Below, piece by piece: positions 35,043-45,512 of a stretch of 64,000 bases of DNA. Position numbers and translations under genes: made by a program. This DNA comes from Bacteroidales bacterium (GTDB taxonomy: Bacteria; Bacteroidota; Bacteroidia; Bacteroidales; Muribaculaceae), in NCBI GenBank assembly GCA_014800735.1, contig JAAVFP010000051.1, positions 10,004 to 74,003 on the forward strand, read 5' to 3'. A model generated the notes under the pieces. That model was not told the DNA's origin. It searched no databases and worked only from the letters and a program-made list of their open reading frames with translations. Position 1 is the stretch's first letter, and each line of letters begins with the position of its first letter.

Positions 35043-38021
35043 ATGAACGAAGAAGCTCTCAGTCGAATGTATCTCAAGGATACGTCCTTCCAGGATTTGA
35101 TGCAGCACCGCGTGTTCAACGTGCTGCTCATCGCTTCGCCCTACGAAGCTTTCATGATGGAGGAGGACGGACGTGTGGAGGAACAGCTTTATAACGAGTA
35201 TGTTGCCCTCAACCTCAGTTCGCCTCCGCGTGTAACCCGCGTCAGCAACATGACCGAGGCCCTGGAAATGCTCCGCACAAAGCCCTTCGACATCATCATT
35301 GCAATGCCCGGCGGCGATCTGAGCGAAACCTTCGACGGCGCCGCGCTGATTAAGGCCGAATATCCCACGGTGCCGATTGTGGTACTAACGCCATTCTCCA
35401 AGGAAGTGTCGCGCCGACTGGCCATGCAGGACCTCTCGAACATCGACTACGTGTTCAGCTGGCTTGGCAACATGGACCTCCTTCTGGCCATCATCAAGCT
35501 CCTGGAGGACCACCTCAACGCCGACGACATCAACCGCGTGGGTGTGCAGATGATTCTGCTCGTGGAGGACTCCGTGCGTTTCTACTCCTCGGTGCTGCCC
35601 CACGTCTACAAATTTCTTCTCACCCAGTCGCGCCTGTTTTCCACCGAGGCCCTCAACCAGCACGAACAGATGCTGCGCATGCGCGGCCGCCCCAAGGTGA
35701 TGCTGGCCCGAACCTACGAGGAAGCCGTGGAACTCTACGAGAAATACGGCAAGAACATGCTGGGCGTAATCAGCGACGTCAGCTTCACCCGCCAGGGAGT
35801 CAAGGACCCCGAAGCCGGTCTGAAACTCGCCCGATACTTCCGCCTGCGCGACCCCTTCCTGCCCCTCATCATCGAAAGCTCCGAGCAGGCCAATGCCGAC
35901 AAGGTGCACGACTTCGGCGGCATTTTCATCGACAAAAATTCCAAGAAACTGCCTGTGGATCTGGGCGAAGCCATCATGAACAACTTCGGCTTCGGCGACT
36001 TCATCATCCGCAATCCCAAGGACCTCAGCCCCATAATGACCATCCGCAACCTCAAGGACATGCAGGAGCACATCTTCGAGATTCCGGATGAGTCGCTCTT
36101 CTACCACGCATCGCACAACGACGTGTCGCGCTGGCTCTACTCCCGCGCCCTCTTCCCGATTGCCGACGTCATCAAGCGTCACCGCACCAGCGGCGTATCG
36201 GAAATTCCGGAGGTCAAGCAACTGTTCTTCGACCTCATCGTCAAGTACCGCAAAATGAAGAACCGCGGCGTGGTGGCCATCTTCAAGAAGGACCGCTTCG
36301 ACCACTACTCCAATTTTGCCCGCATCGGCCAGGGTAGCCTCGGCGGCAAAGGCCGTGGCCTGGCGTTCATTGATTCCATCATCAAGAAGAACCCGGTGTG
36401 CGACAACTTCCACGGCCTCACCATCTCCATCCCACGCACCGTGGTGCTGTGTACGGACGTGTTTGATGAATTCATGAGCACCAACGGCCTCTACCCCCTG
36501 GCACTGAGCAACGCCTCCGACGAGGAAATCCTCGCCGCCTTCCTCCGCGCCAAGCTCCCCGAAAACGTGCGCGACGACATCTCCGCCCTCTTCGACGTGG
36601 TTGACCGTCCCTTTGCCGTGCGAAGCTCAAGCCTGCTGGAGGACTCACACTACCAGCCCTTTGCCGGCATCTACTCAACCTACATGGTGCCCTACACCAC
36701 CGACCGCGACAAGCGGCTCCGCTGGCTCACGGACGCCATCAAGGGCGTGTATGCCTCGGTGTTCTACGCCGCCTCGAAAACCTACATGACCGCCACCAGC
36801 AACGTAATCGACCAGGAGAAAATGGCAGTCATAATCCAGGAAGTTGTGGGCGAGGACCACAACGGCTACTACTTCCCCTCCTTCTCCGGCGTGGGCCGCT
36901 CGCTCAACTACTATACCCTGGGCAACGAGCAGCCCGAGGACGGAGTGGTGGAGATGGCGATCGGCCTGGGCAAATATATTGTGGACGGTGGCCGCGGGCT
37001 CCGCTTCTCGCCACTGCATGCCGAACACGCCCTGCAGACCTCGACCCTCGACCTTGCCCTGCGCGACACCCAGACCAAGCTCATAGCCCTGAAACCGCTC
37101 GGCCCCGACGATGATTTCAACGTCGAGGTGGACGAGGGCGAAAACCTCGTCACCAAAAACGTGCAGGATTTTGCCGGCACCGGTGCCCTGCGCCTGATGG
37201 TATCGACCTTCGACTTCCGCGAGGGCTACCTTGTTGACTTCGAGGAAGGCCGCGGCCGCCGTGTGGTCACCTTCGCCAATATCCTGCGCGACAAGGCTCT
37301 GCCTCTGGCCGAAGCTCTCGATTTCATGCTCAAGCAGGGCCAGACCGCCATGCAGCGTCCTATCGAAATCGAATTTGCCGGCAATATATCGCCCAAACCC
37401 GAGCCTAACGGAATCCGCGGCCACCTTTACTGGCTGCAAATCCGCCCTATCATCGACAAAAAGAACCTTATCAGCGACGAAGTGCTTGACCTGCCCGACA
37501 ACGAGCTCATCCTCCGCTCCAACACTGCTCTGGGCAACGGCATGATTGAAGGCGTCAACACCGTGGTCTACGTCAAACCCGACCACTTCGACTCCACCCG
37601 CAGCCAGGAGCTCGTGCCTATCATCCGCAACCTCAACGCCGACTACCTCAGCCGTGGCGAGGGCTACCTGCTCATCGGTCCCGGCCGCTGGGGTTCGTCG
37701 GACTCCGCGCTGGGCATTCCCGTGAAGTGGTCCGACATCTCCGGTGCCCGCGTCATAGTGGAAGCCTCGCTCCCCGGCTACCGCATCGAGCCCAGCCAGG
37801 GCACGCACTTCTTCCAGAACCTCACATCCTTCGGCGTGGGCTATTTCACCGTGGATCAGACCGCAGGCGACGGGTTCTATGACTCGGCTTACCTCGACGC
37901 TCAGCCCGCCGTCTACGAGAACGAATACATCCGCGTGGTGCACTTCGACGTCCCCCTGCGCATCGCCATCAACGGCCGCAGCGGCCTCGGCATTGTTGTA
38001 AAACCCGAATTTAACGTGTAA
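35043..38021 (+). CDS. PEP/pyruvate-binding (PPDK_N-like) protein with N-terminal receiver-like domains
   Basis: ILLVEDS receiver-like segment; GSLGGKGRGL, AVRSSSLLED, IEIEFA, LQIRP, GPGRWGS, SQGTHFFQN; TAGCTTTG at 35006-35013. Confidence 0.85.
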   Translation: MNEEALSRMYLKDTSFQDLMQHRVFNVLLIASPYEAFMMEEDGRVEEQLYNEYVALNLSSPPRVTRVSNMTEALEMLRTKPFDIIIAMPGGDLSETFDGAALIKAEYPTVPIVVLTPFSKEVSRRLAMQDLSNIDYVFSWLGNMDLLLAIIKLLEDHLNADDINRVGVQMILLVEDSVRFYSSVLPHVYKFLLTQSRLFSTEALNQHEQMLRMRGRPKVMLARTYEEAVELYEKYGKNMLGVISDVSFTRQGVKDPEAGLKLARYFRLRDPFLPLIIESSEQANADKVHDFGGIFIDKNSKKLPVDLGEAIMNNFGFGDFIIRNPKDLSPIMTIRNLKDMQEHIFEIPDESLFYHASHNDVSRWLYSRALFPIADVIKRHRTSGVSEIPEVKQLFFDLIVKYRKMKNRGVVAIFKKDRFDHYSNFARIGQGSLGGKGRGLAFIDSIIKKNPVCDNFHGLTISIPRTVVLCTDVFDEFMSTNGLYPLALSNASDEEILAAFLRAKLPENVRDDISALFDVVDRPFAVRSSSLLEDSHYQPFAGIYSTYMVPYTTDRDKRLRWLTDAIKGVYASVFYAASKTYMTATSNVIDQEKMAVIIQEVVGEDHNGYYFPSFSGVGRSLNYYTLGNEQPEDGVVEMAIGLGKYIVDGGRGLRFSPLHAEHALQTSTLDLALRDTQTKLIALKPLGPDDDFNVEVDEGENLVTKNVQDFAGTGALRLMVSTFDFREGYLVDFEEGRGRRVVTFANILRDKALPLAEALDFMLKQGQTAMQRPIEIEFAGNISPKPEPNGIRGHLYWLQIRPIIDKKNLISDEVLDLPDNELILRSNTALGNGMIEGVNTVVYVKPDHFDSTRSQELVPIIRNLNADYLSRGEGYLLIGPGRWGSSDSALGIPVKWSDISGARVIVEASLPGYRIEPSQGTHFFQNLTSFGVGYFTVDQTAGDGFYDSAYLDAQPAVYENEYIRVVHFDVPLRIAINGRSGLGIVVKPEFNV

Positions 38022-38042
38022 CTCCTCAACCATCACCTCAAT

Positions 38043-39380
38043 ATGTCATTATTTTCGAGTATTGTACGCGCGTTCGGCTTCGGCCATGACGAAGACGAAG
38101 AATTCGAAACCGTAATCTCCGATGAACCCGACACCCCTTCGGTCGCAGCACCGGCAACGCCCGAACCTGCTGCCGCAGCCGAAATTCCGGAAGCACCCGC
38201 CACTCCCGCACCCGTGCGCCCTGTTGTAAGCGCCGAGATGAAGGGAGCTATCTTCACCGGAGTGCTGGAGATATTCAACAGCTCGCTGCCCGAATTTCTG
38301 GCAAAAAGCATCGATATCGAACGTCAGAAACAACTCATGGCTGAGCGCCTCGATAAGTCGCTCGACGCCTATCTGGACACCCTCATTGCCGATGCCCACA
38401 CCTACGCCGAGAACCGCCTGAAGCACGCATCGGAAGCCACGCGCATCGAGGCCGAAAAACTCCGCAACGACATGCAGCAGCTTGAACAGCAGCGCACCAA
38501 CCTACAGGAGAAACAGCTCAGCGCCGACCGCCGCCGCCGTGCCCTGGCCGACCGTGTCACCGACCTCGAAGCCCAGCTGGCAACCTCCGAAGCGGAGCGC
38601 GAGCAATTCGAGCTCGAAAACAAGAGTCTGCTCAATAAAATAAAGGTAGCCGAAATCCAACCCGGCGTGGTGGATGACCTCAACAGCGAAATCGAGCGCC
38701 TGAAGGCCGAGCTTGAAAACGCTCCTGCACCCGACGAAGCCCCCGCCAACACCGAGGAGCTGGATGCTCTCCGCCGTGAGCGCGACGAAGCCCTTGAGCA
38801 ACTTCAGCAAACCAACGACCGTCTTGAACAGGTCAACATGCAGCTGCGCGACCACCACGGCATCTCGCAGGCCATGTACACCGACCTCCAGAAAATGTAT
38901 GCCGATGAGTGCGACGCCCGCACCAAGGCTCAGGAGGAACTATCCACCACCGCCGAAGCTCTGGCGGCTGCCGAGGCCGAGCGCGACAGCCTGCGCAGTG
39001 CCATGCAGTCGCTCGAAGTGATTCAGAAGCAGATGGGCCAGATTGAGGAAGTCATCAACAAGCGCGACGAAAAGATTGCACGCCTGAAAGCCAACAACAA
39101 GAAACTCAAGGAACAACTTGCCGAGATGCGCGAATCGCGGGCACGACGCACAGCCGCACGCCTCGACGACGGTCTGTTCGCCATCCCAGCCGACCAGACT
39201 CCCGAACAGAAAAAAATAACCAGCGAGCTCGCATCGCTCGAGGACGATTTTGAATGTCCCGACTGGTTCGTAGCCGAACCCGCTCCGATTCCGGACCGCC
39301 CCGACCCCGCCGAATTCGGCTACACCGAGCCCCCCAAGAAAAAACGGCCCGAAAACGACGCCCAGCTAAGCCTGTTCTAA
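38043..39380 (+). CDS. Hypothetical long coiled-coil protein ending in QLSLF
   Basis: E/Q/L/R-rich heptads over most of its length; codon usage like host genes. Confidence 0.8.
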   Translation: MSLFSSIVRAFGFGHDEDEEFETVISDEPDTPSVAAPATPEPAAAAEIPEAPATPAPVRPVVSAEMKGAIFTGVLEIFNSSLPEFLAKSIDIERQKQLMAERLDKSLDAYLDTLIADAHTYAENRLKHASEATRIEAEKLRNDMQQLEQQRTNLQEKQLSADRRRRALADRVTDLEAQLATSEAEREQFELENKSLLNKIKVAEIQPGVVDDLNSEIERLKAELENAPAPDEAPANTEELDALRRERDEALEQLQQTNDRLEQVNMQLRDHHGISQAMYTDLQKMYADECDARTKAQEELSTTAEALAAAEAERDSLRSAMQSLEVIQKQMGQIEEVINKRDEKIARLKANNKKLKEQLAEMRESRARRTAARLDDGLFAIPADQTPEQKKITSELASLEDDFECPDWFVAEPAPIPDRPDPAEFGYTEPPKKKRPENDAQLSLF

Positions 39381-39426
39381 CAAATAAGGCTAATTAGCCC
39401 AATCGGACTAATTAGCCTTATTTGTT
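39379..39426. terminator. Bidirectional terminator (19-bp perfect inverted repeat)
   Basis: aacaaataaggctaattag ... ctaattagccttatttgtt between convergent genes. Confidence 0.8.
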
Positions 39427-39440
39427 TCTGCCGGGAAAAA

Positions 39441-41096
39441 TCAGTGCTGGTAGAGGTAGCGCTTGATGGAGCGCTTGGGGGTCTTTTCGAATTCTTCGTG
39501 GAAAATCTTCAGGTCGGCAACCTGGCTGTAGGCCGGGAGCTCGGTGTTCAGCTTCTTGACGTTGTCCTTCATCATGTCCTCAAGCTGGGTCATGGATATG
39601 CCCTGCTTGGTGGCGTTTTCAATGTCGGGGTAAATCAAGGCCACCAGCTTGCCGCTCTTGTCCACGATGAGCGACTCGGCCACATAAGGCATGTTGTTCA
39701 GTATCTGCTCTATTTCCTCGGGGTAGATATTCTGGCCTGACGGTCCGAGAATCATGCTCTTGTCGCGGCCACGGATATATAGGAAGCCATCGGCATCCAC
39801 ACTGCATATATCGCCGGTGCTCATCCAGCCGTCCTTGAACACCGACTCCGTGGCCTCGGGGTTCTTATAGTAGCCCTGCATCACATTGCCGCCTTTCACC
39901 CACAGCACACCGGGCACGCGCTGGGGGTCGTCCGACTCGATTTTCATTTCCATGCGGTCCACAATACGTCCGCAGGATGCCGGACGCTGCACATCCCAGG
40001 GTGCGTAGGCAATCAGCGGGGCGCACTCGGTCATGCCGTAGCCCACGGTGTAGGGGAACTGGATTCGGCGCAGGAAAGCCTCCACGTCCTTGTTGAGGCC
40101 CGCACCACCGATGATGAGCTCGCGCAACTGGCCGCCGAAAGTTTCAATAAGTTTGCTTTTGATTTTATCCAGCAGACGGTCGTCCACATAGGGCACGTGC
40201 ATCAGCAGGCGCATCAGCGGCTTTTCGAGCATCGGGAACACGCGCGTCTTGATAATCTTTTCAATAATCAGCGGCACGGCCACAATCAGCTTGGGGCGTA
40301 CCTCGGCAAAAGCCTCCATGATGATTTTGGGCGAGGGCGTGCGGGTGAGGAAATAGATGTGGCAACCCTTGACGAAGGTGTGGAGCATTTCCACCATCAG
40401 GCCGTACATGTGTGCCAGCGGAAGCATGCACACCATGCCGTCGCCGGGCTTCAGGAAGGTGAGGTGATCAATGCAGTACTGGATGTTGCTCCACAGGTTG
40501 CCGTAGGACAGCATCACGCCCTTGGAGAAACCGGTGGAACCGGAGGTGTAGTTGATGAGTGCAAGCTGCTCAGGCTCGTCAACAAAGAATTCCACGTCCT
40601 CCGGGGTAAAGCGGTTGGGATACTTCTCGCCGAACAGGCGGTTGAGTTCGCCGCGGGCTTCGGTCAGTTTCTTGTTGCGCGAAAACAGCAGGGAGTAATC
40701 CGAAATCTGGAGCGCGCCCTGAATGGCCGGGATGGTATCGTGGTCGAGATTTTCCCAGATGGAGCTATCCACAAAAAACAGCTTCGCCTCGCAGTGATTC
40801 ACCAGGTGGTGAACATTGTCGGGTTTGAAATCATGAAGGATGGGCACGGCCACAGTGCCGTAGGTGAGCGACGCCAGCATGGCGATGGACCACTGCGCGC
40901 TGTTTCGGCCGCAGAAGGCCACGCGGTCGCCCTTCTTAAGACCTGCATGCTCAAAAAGCAAGTGCAGCTTGGCAATCTTGCGGGCCACGTCGCGGTACTG
41001 GAAGGAAGCGCCCTTGAAGTCGGTCATCGCCGTGTACTCCCAGTTGTCGCGGATGGAAGCCTGTATGTAGGGAACAAGATGTTCGAATTTTTCCAT
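39441..41096 (-). CDS. Long-chain fatty-acid--CoA ligase (AMP-binding)
   Basis: YTSGSTGFSKG, GYGMTE, TGD, GQNIYPEEIE. Confidence 0.92.
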   Translation of the reverse strand: MEKFEHLVPYIQASIRDNWEYTAMTDFKGASFQYRDVARKIAKLHLLFEHAGLKKGDRVAFCGRNSAQWSIAMLASLTYGTVAVPILHDFKPDNVHHLVNHCEAKLFFVDSSIWENLDHDTIPAIQGALQISDYSLLFSRNKKLTEARGELNRLFGEKYPNRFTPEDVEFFVDEPEQLALINYTSGSTGFSKGVMLSYGNLWSNIQYCIDHLTFLKPGDGMVCMLPLAHMYGLMVEMLHTFVKGCHIYFLTRTPSPKIIMEAFAEVRPKLIVAVPLIIEKIIKTRVFPMLEKPLMRLLMHVPYVDDRLLDKIKSKLIETFGGQLRELIIGGAGLNKDVEAFLRRIQFPYTVGYGMTECAPLIAYAPWDVQRPASCGRIVDRMEMKIESDDPQRVPGVLWVKGGNVMQGYYKNPEATESVFKDGWMSTGDICSVDADGFLYIRGRDKSMILGPSGQNIYPEEIEQILNNMPYVAESLIVDKSGKLVALIYPDIENATKQGISMTQLEDMMKDNVKKLNTELPAYSQVADLKIFHEEFEKTPKRSIKRYLYQH

Positions 41097-41130
41097 GTCG
41101 TTATTACGGTTGTATTGTATATTTCTGCAT

Positions 41131-41619
41131 TTATTTCATTAAGTCCAAAGCTTTTACCACCAACTGCGGTTCAAAACCTCGGCCTATGGCAAAGCGCATC
41201 AGTTTCACGCGGTTCTCGTAGGCCTCGGCATCGGGCAGCGAGCGCGCCTTGTAGGCAAGCAATTTGCGGAGCATGGCCATGTAGTCGTCAGCATCAATTT
41301 CCTCAAGAGCATCGGCAATCACATCGGCATCAACGCGCTTGCGGCGCAGTGTCAGCTCGATTTTTCGGCGCCCCCAGTGGTCAAAGCGGAATTTATCGCG
41401 CACATAGGCGCGGGCAAAGCGCTCATCGTCAACGTATCGGCGCCTCCGCAGCGACGAAAGGATGGTGTCGGCATCCTCCTCGCTCACAAGCCATTTCCGC
41501 AGTTTTTCGCGCAACTCTCCCTCGCAGTGCTCCGAGCGGGCGCACAACTCCTCCAGGCGCAGAAGCGCACGTGCCGGTTCAAGCGGTTTCTTAGGGCCGA
41601 ATTTTCTGCTGAATGCCAT
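41131..41619 (-). CDS. recX: Regulatory protein RecX
   Basis: CARSEHC, YVDDERFARAYV, WGRRKI, RGFE. Confidence 0.9.
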   Translation of the reverse strand: MAFSRKFGPKKPLEPARALLRLEELCARSEHCEGELREKLRKWLVSEEDADTILSSLRRRRYVDDERFARAYVRDKFRFDHWGRRKIELTLRRKRVDADVIADALEEIDADDYMAMLRKLLAYKARSLPDAEAYENRVKLMRFAIGRGFEPQLVVKALDLMK

Positions 41620-41626
41620 AGTCCGG

Positions 41627-42475
41627 TCAGCGTTTGCCGCTGGCAAAGCGGTAGTTACCTTTGTAATCGCGTGTCACATCCACATCGGTGAAGCCTTCGT
41701 CCTCCATCAGTCGGCGCATTTCCACCGGAAATCGGCTGTTGATTTCAAAGTAGAGGCGTCCGCCGGGCTTTAGCCCCCGTGAGGCATAGCGGCAGATGGC
41801 ACGGTAGAATTTCAAGGGGTCGTCATCAGGCACAAAGAGCGCCAGAGCCGGTTCGCGGTCGCTGACACGCTCATCCATATCGGCTTTCTCGCTTTGGCAC
41901 ACATAGGGCGGATTGCTTACAATAATATCATAGTAAGCCTCCGGGGCCTTGGCCGTGAGGATATCGTCCTGAATAAAATTCACTTTCGCGCCTAATTGCT
42001 GCGCATTTTCGCGTGCCACGGCCAGAGCGGCGGGGCTCACATCCATGGCATCCACCTGCGCAAAGGGCAATTCCCGTGCCAGCGACACGGCAATACAGCC
42101 CGAACCGGTGCCGATGTCCAGCACCCGCAGGTCGCTGCGGCCGTCGGCTTCGCGCACAATCATGTCGCACAGGCCCTCGGTTTCGGGCCGGGGGATAAGC
42201 ACGTCGGGCGTGACCTTGAAGTCCATACCCATGAACCGGGCTCGCCCCACGGCATACTGCACCGGCTCTCCGGCCTTGATGCGGTCCACCACAGCCTGGA
42301 TGCGCTGGCGTGTTTCGTCAAGCAGCTCGCGGTCGGGGTACATGAACAGATACTTGCGGTCGTAGCCGGCCACATCCTCAAGCACGATGCGCGCGGCGGC
42401 CTCGCCCTCGGCCTCACTGCCCAGGGCGGTGCCAAGCTCGGCACATGCCTGACGGAAATATTCGTTTACGGTCAT
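41627..42475 (-). CDS. prmC: Release factor glutamine methyltransferase
   Basis: [29 protein letters not shown]. Confidence 0.95.
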   Translation of the reverse strand: MTVNEYFRQACAELGTALGSEAEGEAAARIVLEDVAGYDRKYLFMYPDRELLDETRQRIQAVVDRIKAGEPVQYAVGRARFMGMDFKVTPDVLIPRPETEGLCDMIVREADGRSDLRVLDIGTGSGCIAVSLARELPFAQVDAMDVSPAALAVARENAQQLGAKVNFIQDDILTAKAPEAYYDIIVSNPPYVCQSEKADMDERVSDREPALALFVPDDDPLKFYRAICRYASRGLKPGGRLYFEINSRFPVEMRRLMEDEGFTDVDVTRDYKGNYRFASGKR

Positions 42476-43722
42476 TCGTCCTCGTCGTTTATGGCTTCGT
42501 AGCGGAAAGCCTCCTCATCGTCGGCCAGGTCGCTGTCGTCCTCTTCGAATTCGGCATCGTCCCAGTCAATATCCTCGCCCCATTCCTCGGGCGAAATTCT
42601 GCGCAGGTCCTCGGCTTCCTCGTCCTCCTCGGTAGCGGGGTGCTCGAAAATAAACTCGTCCTCCTCGCGCACGCGGTGGTGGCCATCCAGAGGACGGTGG
42701 ATGATATCGACGGTGTCGATACGGTTATTCTCGTCCGTGATAGCGCGCCACAGCATATCCTTGAGCTGAGTGATGCCCTGGCCCGTGACGGCGGAGATGA
42801 ACACGTGAGGCACGCCCTCGGGGAGCGTCTTGGCTATTTCGGCCATCAGTTCGTCATCCAGCATATCGCTCTTGCTCACGGCCAGAACTCGCTGTTTGTC
42901 CATGAGCTGAGGGTTGAACTGCTCCAGCTCGTGGAGCAGAATTTCGTACTCCTTGGCAATATCGTCAGCATCCGCCGGAACCATGAACAGCAGCACGGCG
43001 TTGCGCTCAATGTGGCGCAGGAAGCGCAGGCCAAGGCCCTTGCCCTCGCTGGCACCCTCGATAATACCGGGGATATCGGCCATGACGAACGAGCGGTTGT
43101 CGCGATACGACACGATACCCAGCTGCGGCTCCATGGTTGTGAAAGGATAGTCAGCAATCTTGGGTTGCGCGGCACTCACTGCCGACAGCAGCGTGGACTT
43201 GCCGGCATTAGGGAAGCCCACCAGGCCAACATCAGCCAGCATCTTAAGCTCCAGAATCACGGAGCGCTCAATGGCCGGTTCGCCGGGCTGAGCATAGCGC
43301 GGGGTGCGGTTGGTGGCACTCTTGAAGTGCCAGTTGCCAAGGCCACCGCGGCCGCCTTTCAGCAGTTTCACTTCCTGGCCGTCGTGGGTCACCTCGCACA
43401 GGAACTCGCCCGTTTCGGCATCGAACACCACGGTGCCGCAAGGCACTTCCACAATCACGTCCTCGCCGTCCTTGCCGAAGCTACGGCCGCCGGAACCGCT
43501 CTCGCCGTTGCCGGCAAAAATGTGGCGGCGGTATTTCAGCGGAAGCAGGGTCCACATATTTCGGTTGCCTTTCAGGATGATATGGCCGCCACGGCCACCG
43601 TCGCCGCCGTCAGGGCCGCCTTTGGGAACATATTTAGCGCGATAAAAGTGGCGTGAGCCGGCGCCGCCCTTACCCGAGCGGCAAAGTATCTTGACGTAGT
43701 CTATAAAATTTGAATCTGCCAT
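42472..43722 (-). CDS. obgE: GTPase Obg with acidic C-terminal tail
   Basis: [38 protein letters not shown]. Confidence 0.97.
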   Translation of the reverse strand: MADSNFIDYVKILCRSGKGGAGSRHFYRAKYVPKGGPDGGDGGRGGHIILKGNRNMWTLLPLKYRRHIFAGNGESGSGGRSFGKDGEDVIVEVPCGTVVFDAETGEFLCEVTHDGQEVKLLKGGRGGLGNWHFKSATNRTPRYAQPGEPAIERSVILELKMLADVGLVGFPNAGKSTLLSAVSAAQPKIADYPFTTMEPQLGIVSYRDNRSFVMADIPGIIEGASEGKGLGLRFLRHIERNAVLLFMVPADADDIAKEYEILLHELEQFNPQLMDKQRVLAVSKSDMLDDELMAEIAKTLPEGVPHVFISAVTGQGITQLKDMLWRAITDENNRIDTVDIIHRPLDGHHRVREEDEFIFEHPATEEDEEAEDLRRISPEEWGEDIDWDDAEFEEDDSDLADDEEAFRYEAINDEDE

Positions 43723-43749
43723 AGTGTTTCTGTTAGTTATTACACCTTA

Positions 43750-44811
43750 TTATATATAAGAGTTATGGTGCCGCATTAGTTCACCGGCCTGGCGGAAATC
43801 CACAGGCGAACCCACATCAATCCACGTTCCTTTAATCGGATAATAGGTCACGCGGCGGCCTGCGGCCAATGCGCGCTCAATCAGGTCGGTGGCATCGGTG
43901 CGCTCGTCGGGGCTGAGCGTGCGCAGCACATCGTTGTTTATAATGTATATTCCGCCGTTGGCGTAGTAGGAGTACGACGGTTTCTCCTCAATTCCGCGCA
44001 CTGCCGAGGGGTCGTCGGCATCAAGGGTCAGGATGGCATAGGGCACCGACACCGAATATGGCACCACGGCAATCGTGATGTCGGCCCGCTCGGCCTTGTG
44101 GCGCAGGTACATTTCCTCGAAGGAGATGGTGGTGAGCAGGTCGGAGTTCATCACCAGCGTGCTGCCCTCGCCTGCGGCTACGTCTGTCAGGGCCACAGCG
44201 CCTATTGTGCCCAGGGGTTTATCCTCGCGCACGCACTTCACCTGCACTCCGGCCACAGGACTGCTGAAATGCTCCTCGATTTTCTCGGCCAGATAGCGTG
44301 TGCACACCGTAATGTCGCGGATGCCGCAGGCGGCCAGAGCCTCCACGTTGTAGTCAATTATCGCCTTACCCTCGATTTCCAGCAGAGGCTTGGGGGTGGT
44401 GAGAGTGGCGGGGCGCAGGCGCTCGCCAAGCCCCCCGGCCATCAGCACGGCTTTCAGGGGGAGTACGGTGCGCCGGGCCGACAGGTCCAGTATGTCCGTC
44501 AGATGCCCCTCGGCATCCAGCACCGGGATGAGCGTTATTCCGCGGCTGCGGAAGTCGCGCAGGGCTGCCACCTCGGGCTGGCCTTCACGCACATAGCGGA
44601 AGTTTTTAAGCGCCGCCTGGCCGCAACAGCTGTCCAGGCTCGCTCCGCCCAGCAGGGCGCGGCGGATATCGCCGTCGGTCAGCGAACCCGTCACACAGCC
44701 CTGGCCGTCGGTTACGAACAGCGTCATCTCCGGCCCAGGCAGCGAGTTGAGCTTGCCAAGCGCCTCCAGCAAAGTGCAGCGGTGGTCTATTTCGTGGTTC
44801 TTGCAGTTCAT
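43750..44811 (-). CDS. CBS-domain sugar-phosphate nucleotidyltransferase (PtmE-like)
   Basis: N-terminal CBS (LTDGDIRR); MAGGLGERLRP..PKPLL; WIDVG. Confidence 0.85.
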   Translation of the reverse strand: MNCKNHEIDHRCTLLEALGKLNSLPGPEMTLFVTDGQGCVTGSLTDGDIRRALLGGASLDSCCGQAALKNFRYVREGQPEVAALRDFRSRGITLIPVLDAEGHLTDILDLSARRTVLPLKAVLMAGGLGERLRPATLTTPKPLLEIEGKAIIDYNVEALAACGIRDITVCTRYLAEKIEEHFSSPVAGVQVKCVREDKPLGTIGAVALTDVAAGEGSTLVMNSDLLTTISFEEMYLRHKAERADITIAVVPYSVSVPYAILTLDADDPSAVRGIEEKPSYSYYANGGIYIINNDVLRTLSPDERTDATDLIERALAAGRRVTYYPIKGTWIDVGSPVDFRQAGELMRHHNSYI

Positions 44812-45512
44812 AGTTCACTTTCTTTCATGCGTGCCACAATCATTTCGGCCAGCAGCCAGTCATCAGGCGTGTCGAGGTCAAGGCTGCGGCTGCGCGGCAT
44901 TTCGTAGGGCACACGGCGGGTGAACTCGCCCAACTCCATGCGCCGCAGGCTCGCGGGGTTAATCACGTACACAGCGCCGTTGTACTCCAACACCTTAGGC
45001 ACATCCTGGCGGCGTTTGAACAGCCCGTCGCCCTTACTGATGTGCAGGTAGCCCTCGGCATCGGTTTCGAAAAGAGTATAGTAGGGGTTCGCGGCTGACT
45101 CGCACACGCTCACGGCCATATCTATCTCAGGTGTATAAAGTGCAGCGGTGCCGAGCACATCGGCCTCGGTGCGCAAGGGCGAAGTGGGTTGCAGCAGAAT
45201 CACGCAGTCGTAGGCCATGCCGCGGGCATCGGCCCATGCCATCACATCAAGCATCACCTCGCGGCTGCCCACATGGTCGCCGCCGAGATGAGCCGGCCGC
45301 ATATAGTCCACCGTCAGCCCCAGGCTGCGGGCCACAGTAGCAATCTCGTCGTCGTCGGTGCTCAGCACCACGGCTCCGCCCAGCTGCGCACTCACAGCCT
45401 CGGCCACGGCGATAGTGTAGCCTATCAGCGGACGTCCGCCAAGCAATTTCACGTTCTTGCGGGGTATGCCTTTGCTTCCTCCGCGCGCAGGGATAATTAT
45501 CAGTGGCTTCAT
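44808..45512 (-). CDS. Acylneuraminate (nonulosonate) cytidylyltransferase, NeuA/LegF-like
   Basis: IPARGGSKGIPRKN, STDDDEI, LQPTSPLR, NGAVY, DLDTPDD. Confidence 0.9.
   Translation of the reverse strand: MKPLIIIPARGGSKGIPRKNVKLLGGRPLIGYTIAVAEAVSAQLGGAVVLSTDDDEIATVARSLGLTVDYMRPAHLGGDHVGSREVMLDVMAWADARGMAYDCVILLQPTSPLRTEADVLGTAALYTPEIDMAVSVCESAANPYYTLFETDAEGYLHISKGDGLFKRRQDVPKVLEYNGAVYVINPASLRRMELGEFTRRVPYEMPRSRSLDLDTPDDWLLAEMIVARMKESEL

Noticed and set aside
42472-42680. Highly acidic ObgE C-terminal extension
   Set aside because: Variable acidic tails are a known feature of Obg proteins
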